NCBI GenBank assembly: GCA_965203805.1
Contig: OZ241917.1
Location: forward strand, 4,192,001 to 4,256,000
Length of the DNA: 64,000 bases
Source of the DNA: Candidatus Latescibacterota bacterium
GTDB lineage: Bacteria > Latescibacterota > UBA2968 > GCA-2709665
Direction: 5' to 3'
A program made the position numbers and the translations under genes. The stretch's first letter is position 1. Each line of letters opens with the position of its first letter. Positions 21,737-32,700 of the stretch are shown here, one piece after another. The notes under the pieces are model-generated. The model worked only from the letters and a program-made list of their open reading frames with translations, did no database searches and was not told where the DNA came from.

Positions 21737-22876
21737 CTACACTCTGACCAACGCATTCGCGAAGTCCGCGCACAGATCCTCGGCGGCCTCGATGCCGCAC
21801 GCCACCCGGACCAGGCCATCGGATATTCCCAATTTCGCCCGATCTTCCCGGCTCATGCCGCTGTGCGAGGTGGCGGCCGGACGCGTGATGAGGGTTTCGA
21901 CGCCACCCAGACTCGGGGCCGTTGCCGGCAGTGTCAGCCCGGACAGCAATCGCTCGGCCGACGCCACGCCGCCGCGCAATTCGAAGCTCAGGACCCCGCC
22001 CGCTCCGGCAAACAACCGCTGTGCCCGTTCGTGTTGCGGATGGCTCTCCAGCCCCGGATAGTTCACCCGGGTTACCTGCTCCTGCCCGGTTAAAAGTCGC
22101 GCCAGCCTCAGGCCGTTCTCATTGTGTTGGCGCATTCTGAGCGTCAATGTCTTCAGGCCCCGCTGCAGCAGAAAACACGCGTGCGCATCCAGCGAACCGC
22201 CCAGATGGTTCAACTTGTGCCTGATGGCCGTAACGTGTGCGAAAGAGCCCGCGACTGCGCCCGCGACGAGGTCCGAATGGCCATTCAGGTACTTGGTCGC
22301 GCTGTGGATTTCGATATCGAACCCGATTTCCAGCGGGCGGAAGTTAAACGGGGAGGCAAAGGTACTGTCGATCAGGCAGACCAGCCCGTATTCCCGCGCG
22401 AATGCCACGACTGCCTCCAAATCGGCAACCTCCAATAGCGGGTTGGTCATGGTCTCCACGTAAATCGCCCGGGTCTCCGGACGGAGCTTGCCCGGCCACG
22501 TCTCCGGCGCGTTGCCGGCGATGAAGTCGAAGTTCATTCCGATGCGCGGCGCATCCTGCGTCACGAAGCTGTGCGTGCCTCCGTAGAGGCAGTCCTGGAT
22601 CAACAGATGATCACCGCTGTTGAGAAGGGTTATTAGGGCCGTGGTGATCGCGGCCATCCCGGAGCCGGTGACGAGGGCGTCCTCGCCGCCGCAGGCAGCG
22701 GCCAGCTTGGTATGCAATGCGCGGTGATTGGGTGTGTTGTTCAGCCGGAGATAGCGGATGTCGTCGTAGTCCTGCTCGTCTTGTGAAACATAGGTCGAGC
22801 TCTGGAAGATCGGCAGCACCACGGCGCCCTCGATGTGTTCCTCACCGGCGTGAATGAGACGGGTTTGCAAATCCAT
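21737..22876 (-). CDS. PLP-dependent trans-sulfuration enzyme (cystathionine/methionine gamma-lyase family)
   Basis: PIFQSSTY, SGMAAI, LYGGT, HSATKYLNGHSD, SLGGVETL. Confidence 0.93.
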   Translation of the reverse strand: MDLQTRLIHAGEEHIEGAVVLPIFQSSTYVSQDEQDYDDIRYLRLNNTPNHRALHTKLAAACGGEDALVTGSGMAAITTALITLLNSGDHLLIQDCLYGGTHSFVTQDAPRIGMNFDFIAGNAPETWPGKLRPETRAIYVETMTNPLLEVADLEAVVAFAREYGLVCLIDSTFASPFNFRPLEIGFDIEIHSATKYLNGHSDLVAGAVAGSFAHVTAIRHKLNHLGGSLDAHACFLLQRGLKTLTLRMRQHNENGLRLARLLTGQEQVTRVNYPGLESHPQHERAQRLFAGAGGVLSFELRGGVASAERLLSGLTLPATAPSLGGVETLITRPAATSHSGMSREDRAKLGISDGLVRVACGIEAAEDLCADFANALVRV

Positions 22877-22951
22877 GCATTTTCCCTCGGGAAATTAAAG
22901 CGTGACTTCTGCCTGAAATGGATGCATATATCGTGAATTATAAATAAACAT

Positions 22952-22973
22952 GGATGGACAGGATGGACAGGAT
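22952..22973. repeat. Short 9-mer tandem repeat (GGATGGACA)x2.4 in a divergent intergenic region
   Basis: ggatggaca ggatggaca ggat read directly; it creates the spurious MDRMDR start in the ORF track. Confidence 0.6.
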
Positions 22974-22995
22974 AAAGTCAACGGCAGGAGAACTC

Positions 22996-24411
22996 ATGCA
23001 CGAAATCAACCCATTGAGAGCAGGCGCGGCGATGATTGACATCACGCCGCCATTGGGGACGCATCTGGCCGGAAGCGGGGCCGGCGAACACCGTCCGGCC
23101 GAGACCGTTTTGGATCCGCTCTTTGCAAAAGCCATCGTCTTCGAAAGCGGCGGGCGGCGGGTCTGCATGGTAATCCTGGATCTGACTATCGTCACGCAGG
23201 ACTACACGGACCGGATTCGCGCTGCTATCGCGGAGCGTACGGGCATCCCTCCGGAGGCGGTCATGGTCCAGGCGACGCAGACGCACTCCGCGCCGAGCAT
23301 GGGCTACTTTATGCTGGATCCGGATTTCCGCCTGGAGACCAGTAAGCAGAACGAGTACCTGCGCGGCGCCGAGCGCGCCTACGGCGACCGGGCGGCGGCC
23401 GCCGCGGTGGAGGCAGCGGTAGAAGCGGCGGGCAGGCTGCAACCCGCGAGCATCGGTCTGGGGCGAGGTGTGTTGGGAGACCTGGCGTTCAATCGCCGCG
23501 GCATCCGGCGGGACGGAACCATCACCATGCCCGCCCCCCTGGGCCGGGAAAAAAGGCCGCTCGGAAACGTGGACGTCTGTTATCTCGAAGGGCCGATGGA
23601 CCCGGAAGTCGGCGTGTGCTGCGTCCAGGACCTGGATAAACGGCCGCTGGCCTTTCTCCTGCACTACACATGTCACCCGGTCAATGCGTTCAGTCATCGC
23701 GACACCTACCGGGCGGTATCGGCGGATTGGCCCGGCGCATGGACGCGGGAGATGCAGCAGGTGTTCGCCTCAGACGCGGTGCCGCTGGTCGTCAACGGCT
23801 GCTGCGGCAACATCAACCCCAGGCATCCCTTCGATTCGGATTACCGGCCGGACCACCAGCGAATGGGGCGCGAACTGACCGGGATGACCGAACGAATCGT
23901 CCACAGTATGGCGTTTGACAACGAAGCCGCGCTGGCATTCAACGTTGAAAACGTCCTGCTGCCGTTCCGCGAAATCCCTGTCGAGCGCCTGCGCGAAGTC
24001 GATGCGATCCTCTCAGAAAGTCCTGAACCGCCGCGCGGGGCAAACGGCCAGGTGGACCCGCAGTGGTTCCGGGCGGCGTCGACCCGGAGCGGCGAGCTAT
24101 GCCGGAAGCGGGACGCCGAGTTCAGCTACGAAATCCAGGCGTTCCGCATCGGCGACCTGTGTGTTATCGGCCTGCCTGGAGAACCCTTTGTGGAAGGACA
24201 ACTCGCGCTCAAGACCAACTCGCCGGCGCCGTACCTCTTCCCGGCACACCTCACGACGCACTATGTGGGCTACCTGCCGACGCGGGCGGCCTACGAGCGC
24301 GGGGGACACGAGGCCAACGAAGACGTGACCTACTGGGCCAAACTCGCGCCGGGCTGCCTCGAAACCGCGGTCGAGCGGGCTCGGGCGATGGTAAATGGGC
24401 TGTTTGCATGA
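22996..24411 (+). CDS. Neutral/alkaline ceramidase-like hydrolase
   Basis: DITPP, DPLFAKA, ATQTHSAP, FNRR, YTCHP, SADWPG, GCCGNINP, LPGEPF, GYLPT...GGHE; AGGAG RBS. Confidence 0.8.
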   Translation: MHEINPLRAGAAMIDITPPLGTHLAGSGAGEHRPAETVLDPLFAKAIVFESGGRRVCMVILDLTIVTQDYTDRIRAAIAERTGIPPEAVMVQATQTHSAPSMGYFMLDPDFRLETSKQNEYLRGAERAYGDRAAAAAVEAAVEAAGRLQPASIGLGRGVLGDLAFNRRGIRRDGTITMPAPLGREKRPLGNVDVCYLEGPMDPEVGVCCVQDLDKRPLAFLLHYTCHPVNAFSHRDTYRAVSADWPGAWTREMQQVFASDAVPLVVNGCCGNINPRHPFDSDYRPDHQRMGRELTGMTERIVHSMAFDNEAALAFNVENVLLPFREIPVERLREVDAILSESPEPPRGANGQVDPQWFRAASTRSGELCRKRDAEFSYEIQAFRIGDLCVIGLPGEPFVEGQLALKTNSPAPYLFPAHLTTHYVGYLPTRAAYERGGHEANEDVTYWAKLAPGCLETAVERARAMVNGLFA

Positions 24412-24419
24412 GCGAATTG

Positions 24420-24604
24420 TCACCAGCGAACTGGTAATCCACACCATCATCACGCACGGATCTGAAGGCGCGGTCAACGGTGTCATTAAGACGGAGCTGG
24501 GCGGGCAATTCGCTTTCTGTGAGGTCTACCGGGTCGCGTCGGCATCCGGCAGGAAGATCAGGTCGATGATGTCATACACGATCCAACAGAACGGGGGACA
24601 ATGA
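24420..24604 (+). pseudogene. C-terminal fragment of an NTF2-like protein
   Basis: IITHGSEGAVNG...FAFCEVY...KIRSMMSY with no plausible N-terminus. Confidence 0.45.
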
Positions 24605-24607
24605 GCC

Positions 24608-25084
24608 ATGCAGAAAATCGTCACCAATCTGTGGTTTGACGGACGGGTCGAGGAAGCGCTCGAGCTCTATACGTCGTGCTTCGAAAACGCGCGTGTAACG
24701 AACATCACACGCTACACTGAAGAAGGCATGGGCAAGACCGGCGATATCCTGACTGCCGAGTTTGAACTGGCCGGGCAGGAGTTCTGCATCATCAACGGCG
24801 GTCCGATGTACACACACAGCCCGGCGATGTCGCTCCTGGTCAACTGCGTCGATCAGGACGAGGTGGACGCGTTGTGGGAACGCCTGACGTCAGATGGCGG
24901 CGAGGAGGGCCGATGCGGGTGGCTCACAGACCGCTTCGGCGTCTCCTGGCAGATTGTGCCGGTTGCGCTGGGGAAGATGCTGGCGAGCGACGATGCGGCC
25001 GCGGTGGAACGCGTCGCTGCGACATTTTTGAAGATGAAAAAGCTGGATATCGCCGTACTGGAGAGGGCGTTTCGAGATGAGTAA
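24608..25084 (+). CDS. VOC family protein (PhnB/3-demethylubiquinone-9 methyltransferase-like)
   Basis: KIVTNLWF, NGGP, CGWLTDRFGVSWQIVP, MKKLDI. Confidence 0.92.
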   Translation: MQKIVTNLWFDGRVEEALELYTSCFENARVTNITRYTEEGMGKTGDILTAEFELAGQEFCIINGGPMYTHSPAMSLLVNCVDQDEVDALWERLTSDGGEEGRCGWLTDRFGVSWQIVPVALGKMLASDDAAAVERVAATFLKMKKLDIAVLERAFRDE

Positions 25085-25186
25085 GCCCTGGGCAGGCGTG
25101 TCACGCGCCGCCCGAACCCTTTGTCCGGCTGTCAGCGGGCGCCGATGCGCTTGAATTCTCAATCGACACCAGAGGGAGTAGATTAT

Positions 25187-25561
25187 ATGACGAAGAGTAA
25201 CCGCTATGAAGCGGGCCGCAGAGTTCTCTCGACGATGCTCGGAGAGGCCGCTGCAGAGGCCTCCGCCAGGAAGATGCGCACACTTCATCCGGAGTTCGAG
25301 CGACTCGTGATGGAGCAGGTGATGCATGACCTGTACGGACGGGACGGGCTGGACATCAAGACTCGTCTGCTATGCACGATCGCGGCCTTGACGGTTCTCG
25401 GCAGGCCGCAACAACTTGCCGTTCACATCGCCAGGGCCCTTGGTTGCGGGTCCACGAGGACGGAGATCGAGGAGGTCATGTTGCAGATGAGCGCTTTCGG
25501 CGGATTTCCGGCGACGTGGGATGCACTGACCGTTCTCCAGGGACAGAACCAGGGGGAATAG
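25187..25561 (+). CDS. Carboxymuconolactone decarboxylase family protein
   Basis: RDGLDIKTRLLCTIAAL, HIARALGCG, EIEEV...GFPA. Confidence 0.88.
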   Translation: MTKSNRYEAGRRVLSTMLGEAAAEASARKMRTLHPEFERLVMEQVMHDLYGRDGLDIKTRLLCTIAALTVLGRPQQLAVHIARALGCGSTRTEIEEVMLQMSAFGGFPATWDALTVLQGQNQGE

Positions 25562-25615
25562 CATGGGAATGTTGGTTTTTTGAGATCGTCGGTCGCAATC
25601 TGATGCCGGTTCATT

Positions 25616-27166
25616 TCAACGGCCCTGTTGGAAGTGCTGCGCCTGAGCACGAATTGCGAGCGGCAGCTCGTAGCAGGCGGCCTCGCTATCCGTGCGCACC
25701 AACAGATAGGGTGCGGCAAGGGACGGAGGATTCCAGGTTTTGCCCGTGAAGGCCGTCATGCGCGCCAGTTCGACGTGGCGGTCGGGGCGGGCCTCGACCA
25801 GTACCACGTCGCCCGATTCGCTCATGATCAGCAGGACGTCGTCGATCAGGATGAGCTGACCGTGTCCGTAGCGCCCGCGCTTCCAGCGGCGCTTGCCGTC
25901 CTGCGGGTCGAGGCAGACCAGCACCCCATCGTCGAGGCCATAGACAAAACCATCGCGAGAGACCATGTTGGCGAACTTGGCCTTGAGCCGTGGGCTTTCC
26001 CAGACGATATCGCTCGTTAAGCCCCCGTCGGGCGCGGCATTCACCTGATACAGCCTGGCGCCAATCCCGTACCCGGAGGAGACCAGAACCCGGTTCCCGG
26101 GCAAGGGCAGGGGGTTGGCAACGCATTCGACCTGATCCCAGGGCTGACGCCAGAAGAGATCTCCGCTGTGCGGATCGTGTGCGGCGACGCTATGGCTGTT
26201 GAAAATCAATATCTGCTCGCGTCCGGCCAGTGTAACCAGACGCGGCGAGCTGAAGCCGGCCCTGTCCGTGCCCCCGCCCCAGACAAATGCGCCGGTTTGG
26301 TGGTGATAGGCCACTAACGAGCGTTCATCCGGGCCTCCGGCACTGACCACGACCAGGGTGTCGAGGACCAGCGGCGAACAGCTGATTCCCCACCAATGGG
26401 CCTTAGCCCGGTTGTCGGCGAGGATATCCCGCGACCAGATCAGAGCCCCGCTGCCCAGGTCCAGGCAATTGAGGATGCCGGTCGCGCCCATGGTGAAAAC
26501 CCGGTCTCCAGCGATGGTCGGCGTAGCACGCGGACCGACGCCGGCTACCGCGCTCTCGTAGCGGGTCGAGTCGGCGTGTTGCCACAGCTTGCGGCCCGTT
26601 GCCAGGTCGTAGCAGACGACCTGCTCCTCTGGGCCGTGTTGCTCCTGAGTGACGGCCCGGCCGCCGACAATGGCAAACGAGGACCAGGCGGCGCCGACCG
26701 GGCGACGCCAGATCTCGCGCGGCGGGTGCCTGACCCAGTCACGCTCGAGGTGGACGCCCCGGAGGCGGTTGTCGCGCTCCGGGCCGAGGAATTGCGGCCA
26801 ATCGCGGGCGTTGAGCGCGGTGGCGTCCCCTCCTTCCGCGACGGTGGCTTCGTCTTCGGCATGCCAACGCCATTCGAGGATCGGCACGAAATCGCCGCTC
26901 ATCCCCTTAATGCGAAAACACCCGACGCCGAGCGCAATGACGAAGACGATGCCGCCGAAATAGCGCAGGCGCTGTCCCCAGGCCAGCCGCGACGCAAAGA
27001 GCAGCCAGAGCAAACCAAGGAAAATGGCGAGCATGAAGATGCCCATGGTGCGCATCACCTGTTGCTGGCGATGGAGGGATTCGGGCAACCAGATCAGCAG
27101 AAGCGCCAGGACGATGACGCCTCCCAGCAAATAGAGAGGCCATAAGCGAGGGCGGGTCGAGGACAT
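25616..27166 (-). CDS. Membrane-anchored PQQ-like beta-propeller repeat protein
   Basis: Three N-terminal TMs; DWPQFLGP, GPRATPT and repeated CLD..G...W blades. Confidence 0.88.
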   Translation of the reverse strand: MSSTRPRLWPLYLLGGVIVLALLLIWLPESLHRQQQVMRTMGIFMLAIFLGLLWLLFASRLAWGQRLRYFGGIVFVIALGVGCFRIKGMSGDFVPILEWRWHAEDEATVAEGGDATALNARDWPQFLGPERDNRLRGVHLERDWVRHPPREIWRRPVGAAWSSFAIVGGRAVTQEQHGPEEQVVCYDLATGRKLWQHADSTRYESAVAGVGPRATPTIAGDRVFTMGATGILNCLDLGSGALIWSRDILADNRAKAHWWGISCSPLVLDTLVVVSAGGPDERSLVAYHHQTGAFVWGGGTDRAGFSSPRLVTLAGREQILIFNSHSVAAHDPHSGDLFWRQPWDQVECVANPLPLPGNRVLVSSGYGIGARLYQVNAAPDGGLTSDIVWESPRLKAKFANMVSRDGFVYGLDDGVLVCLDPQDGKRRWKRGRYGHGQLILIDDVLLIMSESGDVVLVEARPDRHVELARMTAFTGKTWNPPSLAAPYLLVRTDSEAACYELPLAIRAQAQHFQQGR

Positions 27167-27332
27167 AGGATCTATACACCTCCGGTGACGGTCTCCAGGC
27201 GGCCCCGATCGCCGCCGAACACTTGGGTACCTTTACCGCGAATTGCATATTGCCGAAATCGGTGCGATATTATCCTCTGCGGGCGCGATGGATCATCAGA
27301 AGAAAAAGCAGCCATGAATTCTGCCCCGGGGT

Positions 27333-28091
27333 TCACACCACGTCGAGGATATAACGCGCCAGCGGCGAGAGCCGTCGGGCGGTTTCCGGCCGCAAGTACT
27401 CGCGCTGGTTGGTCTGTTGTGCGTGCTCCCGGGCGATAAAGGCGCAATGCAGGGTGCGGCGAGGGGCGTCGGTGCGATTGCGATATGAGCCGTGCCAGAG
27501 GCTGCCGTTGAATACGGCGACCGAGCCGGCGCGCCCGGTCAGTTGCACCTGATCCGGGTGATCGGCCATGGAGTCGGCCACGTGGTCCGAGATCCTGTCG
27601 GGCTTGCGGTGGCTGGCGGGGACGCAGCGGGTCGCTCCGTTGGCCCGGGTGAAGTCGTCCAGCATCCACATGGAGTTGACGACGTGGTAAGGTCCGCCGG
27701 GCGCGGTGGGCTGTCCCCAGTCCGTGTGCAGGCCCTGCAACCCGCTGCCGGGTAAAGGATCGTGCCCATTGAGCGAGTGCAGCTTGAACGGCCGCTGCAG
27801 GACGTGCCAGACCGCCGTCAGCAGCGCGGGCTGCAGGTACACGGCGTCGAAGACCGTTCCCTTGTTGACCAGGTCGGCAAGGCGGCGCACGCCCTCCATC
27901 CGGGCGACCTCAACGCCGGCCTTGTCGCCCTCGCGGGCGAAGATCTCGTCAAACGCGTGGCGCAACCCGGCCAGCCAGTCAGGCGCGATGATATCTTCCA
28001 GGATAAGGAAGCCGTTGGCGTCCAGCGCGCCGGTTTGCGCGGGCGTCAGCGGCTCAGGGACAAATCCCCGTTTCAACAGTTCACTGTCCAT
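27333..28091 (-). CDS. PhyH family dioxygenase
   Basis: LHTDW, NGATRCVPASH, LWHG. Confidence 0.9.
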   Translation of the reverse strand: MDSELLKRGFVPEPLTPAQTGALDANGFLILEDIIAPDWLAGLRHAFDEIFAREGDKAGVEVARMEGVRRLADLVNKGTVFDAVYLQPALLTAVWHVLQRPFKLHSLNGHDPLPGSGLQGLHTDWGQPTAPGGPYHVVNSMWMLDDFTRANGATRCVPASHRKPDRISDHVADSMADHPDQVQLTGRAGSVAVFNGSLWHGSYRNRTDAPRRTLHCAFIAREHAQQTNQREYLRPETARRLSPLARYILDVV

Positions 28092-28120
28092 TTTGGATAA
28101 TCCTCAGAAATGTGCACATT

Positions 28121-28714
28121 ATGCCGCGCAAAAGCAGAGTTCTCAGTATTGGTGACACGGCCCCACCATTCGATCTGCCCTCGCACCAGCAGGGGTACGT
28201 ATCGCTGGCGACGCTTCTTGAAAAAGAACACGTTGTCCTGACGTTTTTTCGGGGGACCTGGTGAAGACGAAGCCGTCGTCAGTTGGCGACTGTGCAGGAA
28301 CATGTCGACGAGTACGCCAAACGTAACGCGGCCTCCATCGCCATTGCGGCGGGACAGCCGCTTTGGGAGATGCGCGAATACGCGGAACGCAGCGGCACTA
28401 CCTTTCCGCTATTGGCGGACGAAGACTGGAGCGCCATCAGGAACTACGGGGTGCATCACTGGTTCGGCCTGGCGCTGCACAACTTCGCCTATACCATCGT
28501 TCGTCCCGCGACGTCGATATTCGGCAATCCAGGCCGCCGTCTTCACAAATGGACCGGCCTGGCGGATCACAGCCTGAGCAGGAGCATCGCCCGACCGGCG
28601 ACGTTCATCATCGATCAAACTGGCATCGTCAGATATATCTACATCGGCACGAATCAGTACGATTTGGCCGACCAGGAAGAAATTCTCGAAGTCTTGAACT
28701 CGCTGGCGCAGTGA
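28121..28714 (+). CDS. Peroxiredoxin-like (AhpC/TSA) selenoprotein, Sec at codon 48 (UGA 28262-28264), 197 aa
   Basis: From ATG 28121: ...IGDTAPPFDLPS...VVLTFFRGTW-U-RRSRRQL..., continuing in frame into ORF 28283..28714 (FPLLAD, ARPATFIID). The UGA sits at the catalytic Cys position. Confidence 0.88.
28272..28295 (+). promoter_or_regulatory. Putative bacterial SECIS element
   Basis: GTCGTC-AGTT-GGCGAC hairpin; loop starts 16 nt after the UGA, with G in loop position 2. Confidence 0.7.
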
Positions 28715-28838
28715 CGTCCGGCTGCTTTTTCTCGTTGCCGCGACCCTTAAAAACGGCCGCGGTTGCAGTTGATCCGGGCTGAATCGCGCCTTGCGTAGAA
28801 CCACATGACCAAATTAACCCATCCATTGAGATCGCGCC

Positions 28839-29270
28839 ATGTAGAAAATCGTCACCAATCTGTGGTTTGACGGACGGGTGATCCGCATAACACGCTACAA
28901 GGATGCCGGCATGGGTGAAGCCGGTGAAATCATGATCGCCGAGTTCAAACTGGCAGGGCAGGAGTTCTGTATCATCAACGGGGGTTCCCACTTTACGTAC
29001 AGCCCGGCAATGTCGCTTCTGGTCAATTGCGTCGATCAGGCCGAGGTGGACGCGCTATAGGAACGCTTGACCGCCGATGGCGGCGAGGAAAGTCAATGCG
29101 GGTGGCAAACTACAGACCGTTTCGGCGTCTCCTGGCAGATTGTGCCGGTCGTGCTGGGGAAAATGCTGGCGAGCGAGGATGCGGCGGCGGTCAAACGCGT
29201 CACCGAGGCATTCCTGAAAATGAAGAAGCCGGATATCGCCGAGTTGGAGAAGGCATTTCGCAATGAGTAA
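28839..29270 (+). pseudogene. Degraded paralog of the VOC gene at 24608
   Basis: CAG>TAG at codon 2, a 16-codon in-frame deletion, and TGG>TAG at 29058; otherwise clearly alignable. Confidence 0.9.
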
Positions 29271-29643
29271 GCCCGACCCGAACCGCCACGTTCCGCGGGA
29301 TAACGACGCATACGTGGCAGCGCAAGCGTCCGGTTTTCCCGCTACGCTCAAGCAGTTGCGAGCCGTTGTCAACGCGGCCACGCCAGATTGTACGGAATGC
29401 GTCAGCTACAGGATCCCCTTCTTCCGGCTGAGGAAGGACTTCGTCGCCCTATCTGCCGCGAAGCGCCAAAGCGGCCCACATAACATGAGCAAAGCCATAC
29501 CGGCCGAAATGAGAGAAAAACTCGAGGCAGCTGGCATTTCGACTTCAGGTACAACGCTCGAATTCGAACCTGGCATCGACTTGCCGGTCCCGCTGGTAGA
29601 GATAGTCCTGCGCGCTCGCCTTTCCGACGTGAACGGCGTATAA
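29263..29643 (+). CDS. DUF1801/YdhG-like protein, possibly decaying
   Basis: DAYVAA...LKQLRAVVNAATPDCTECVSYRIPFF...GTTLEF...LPVPLV. Confidence 0.7.
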   Translation: MSKPDPNRHVPRDNDAYVAAQASGFPATLKQLRAVVNAATPDCTECVSYRIPFFRLRKDFVALSAAKRQSGPHNMSKAIPAEMREKLEAAGISTSGTTLEFEPGIDLPVPLVEIVLRARLSDVNGV

Positions 29644-29769
29644 CTGCAGTCGTATAGGCGATGCTGAACCTGCCACGCCAACGGCATACACGTAGGTTGG
29701 CGGAACGGCTAATCAGAGACCGTTGACCGGTCACATCCGCCTTGCATTAGGTCCAAGGAGAAAATGTGA

Positions 29770-32700
29770 ATGCCTACCAACGCAGATGTAAGAGATACAA
29801 CAAGGGCTTCTCGTGAAGGCCACTGGTTCCACGAAGCATGGACAGCGCGCAAATGCATGCAACTGCTCCTTCCGAAAGACGGCCTTATCGGTATCGCCGT
29901 TGAAGGCCTCTCAGAGGAGGATCAGTCGCGGGCCTCGGCTGCAGCCGTCCAAATCGCCGATCTGACGGTCTACTACGGCAAGGATTCCAGATTCCAGGCC
30001 GCGGATAGGGTGGAGACGATACAGTTCAAGTATTCGCCAAAGCTTGCCGAGAAACCATTTCGGGCAAGTGATGCGAAGAAAACGTTAGAGAAATTCGCGG
30101 AGTCGTATCGCGATTACAAGAAGAACTATGGACCCGTGGCGGTCACCAAAAAGCTATCCTTCGAACTGATTACGAATAGGCCAATCTTTCCTCCCCTGCA
30201 CCTAGCAATCGATGGCATTGCAGTGGGTAGGCGACTCACCGGGCGCGCGAAGGCACAGGGTGAGCAGTTCGAGAGAGCGACAGGCCTAACCGGCAAACAC
30301 CTTGCAGAGTTTGCAAACAAGTGCCGGATAAGCGGTCTGGCTGGGACGCTGCTTGGCACAGAGACGGATCTCTGGAAAATTGTCGTTGACTGGTCAGCGA
30401 CTGTTGACGCGCAAGCGGCCGTGCGCCTCGGCGCGATGAAACACATGGTTGCCAGAAAGGCCCGGTACGACGCGCAGAACCAGAAGGTGATCCGGCAAGT
30501 TGACGTTCTTGACGTGCTGGGTCTTTCGGGTGTCGATGAGCTTCTGCCGTGCCCCGAGAGTTTGGCGAGAGTCGATCACGTCGTTGAGCGTGAACAATTG
30601 GCAGAAGCGGTATCTCTTGTACCGGCGATCACGAAACCTCTGATCGTTAGTGCCGACGGCGGCATCGGCAAAACTGTGTTTCTGCAGAGTCTAGCTTCGC
30701 AACTTTCGCATCAGCACGAGGTCGTCTTCTTCGACTGTTTCGGGGGTGGAGCTTATCGGTCACCTGAAGACGGACGACACCTTCCATACCGTGGACTCGT
30801 ACACATTGCCAACATACTCGCTTGCCGCGGGCTTTGCGACCCAATCCTTCCAGGCAGCGAGAACACCGAAATGCTCTTCGGTCGATTCCGGAAAAGGCTT
30901 AAACAATGCGTCCGAACACTAAATGCCGTATCGCCGGGCAGAGAACTCATCCTATTCATCGATGGGATCGACAACGCGGCCGAGTATGCAATCGAACGAG
31001 GGCAGCAGTCGTTTCCGACTCGACTTTTGGAAAGTGTCCACCTATCGGGCCCTATACCCAGAGTAAAAATAGTTGCTTCGGGTCGGACGCACCGTATAAA
31101 GGAGCACATTAGTGACGTTCTCTATCAAGAATTCGAACTACACTCCTTCACCTTCCCCGAAACCACTTCATACGTGTGCTCACGAATGGCGGATGTCACA
31201 ACGACCGAGATAAATGTCGCACAATCGAGGTCCGAGGGCAATGTGCGCATTCTCGAACACCTTGTAACCAGCGACAGGGGACTGCTCGATCCTTCCGAGA
31301 TCGATAACCCAATCGTGCTTGATGAACTGCTGAACGAACGTATTGAAACGGCCCTCGAGGAGGCCATAAGACTAGGCTACAAGGAGCAAGATATCAATGC
31401 GTTTCTCGCAGGGCTATCGGTCTTGCCGCCTCCGGTACCACTTGACGAGTATGCCGGTGCGTATGGCATGAACGTCGGAGCCATCCGGAGCTTTGCTGCC
31501 GATCTTGCGCCTCTGCTCGACAGGACGCAGCAGGGAATGATCTTCCGTGACGAGCCGACCGAGACACTCGTTCGCGAGAGCTATGGGACTGACACACGGG
31601 CACTAAAACGCGTTGCCAGGAACCTGCTCGCGCGACAAGCGGAATCCGTCTACGCTGCACAGGCTCTTCCGGGCCTGTTGCAGAAGCTTGGCGACGGCGA
31701 GAAGCTTTTTGGTCTCGCGTTCGACGAACGTCTTCCTCCGACGATCACCAGTACAATCGGCCAGCGCAGAATTCGCTACGTACGGCTTAAGTCGGCCGTA
31801 TTGTTCGCGGCAAATGCTGGCGACAACAATAGCTTGGTCCGTTTGCTTGTTGAGCTCTCAACAATCGCGGGGAGCGACCAAAGGGGTGCTGCCTATATTC
31901 TTGAGAATCCGGATCTTGTCGTTCACGCCCGTGAAGCCGATGCCCTGCGGCGTTTATACGAGACCCGCACAAGTTGGCCTGGATCACGGCATGCTCGCTT
32001 GACGATAGCAAGTGTGCTTTCGGGCGATCTCGATGACGCCTCGCGCCATTACGCCAGCGCGTTTGACTGGATACGTCACGATATCGAAAGCGCAAGAGAC
32101 AATGATCACAGCCGGCAAAGGCCGGAGCAGATCGACCACGCCTCGATTCCATTCTTTCGCGTGGCACAGGGAAGACAACGCCGAGCCATCCGCTTTATGG
32201 GAATCTGGTATCCTTGGTACGCGTTTGAGATAAGTGGACAATTCTTCGAACTGTGCCGTCAAGCCATCAGGCGTGATCCTGAGTTTCGTCCACAGCTTGA
32301 CGCATTCCTCGACGCATTGACTAGCCAGATTGGCCTTCTCGCAGGTGCGATGTCGTTTGTGGACTTAAGCGACGAAAGAAGCCAGGAATTGCTAGGAAAA
32401 CTGGCAAAGGTGTGCAAACGCACTACAAATGTCAAGACGGCTGGGGGATACACTGAGGAGCGACGGCACGAGCTACCGGACGGGTTGCGGAAAGCTGCCG
32501 CTATAGCGGCTTCATTTGGAATGGCCGAGGAGGCTCTTGGGATTTCGCTTCGGGCACCACACGCGCGTCCCCGGGTCTGGTCGATGGTAGACTTGTACTC
32601 GGATGGGGAGCTTCTCCCGTTCTTGTTCAGAGTCGCACTTCGCGCGGCTGTGACGAGCACCGAAGTGCATCAGCGTGACATTCTCCCGAGCGAGTTGTAC

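Noticed and set aside
28839-29270. Two in-frame TAG codons as possible pyrrolysine or amber recoding
   Set aside because: Both are single transitions from the intact paralog (CAG, TGG) and come with a 16-codon deletion, which indicates ordinary decay.
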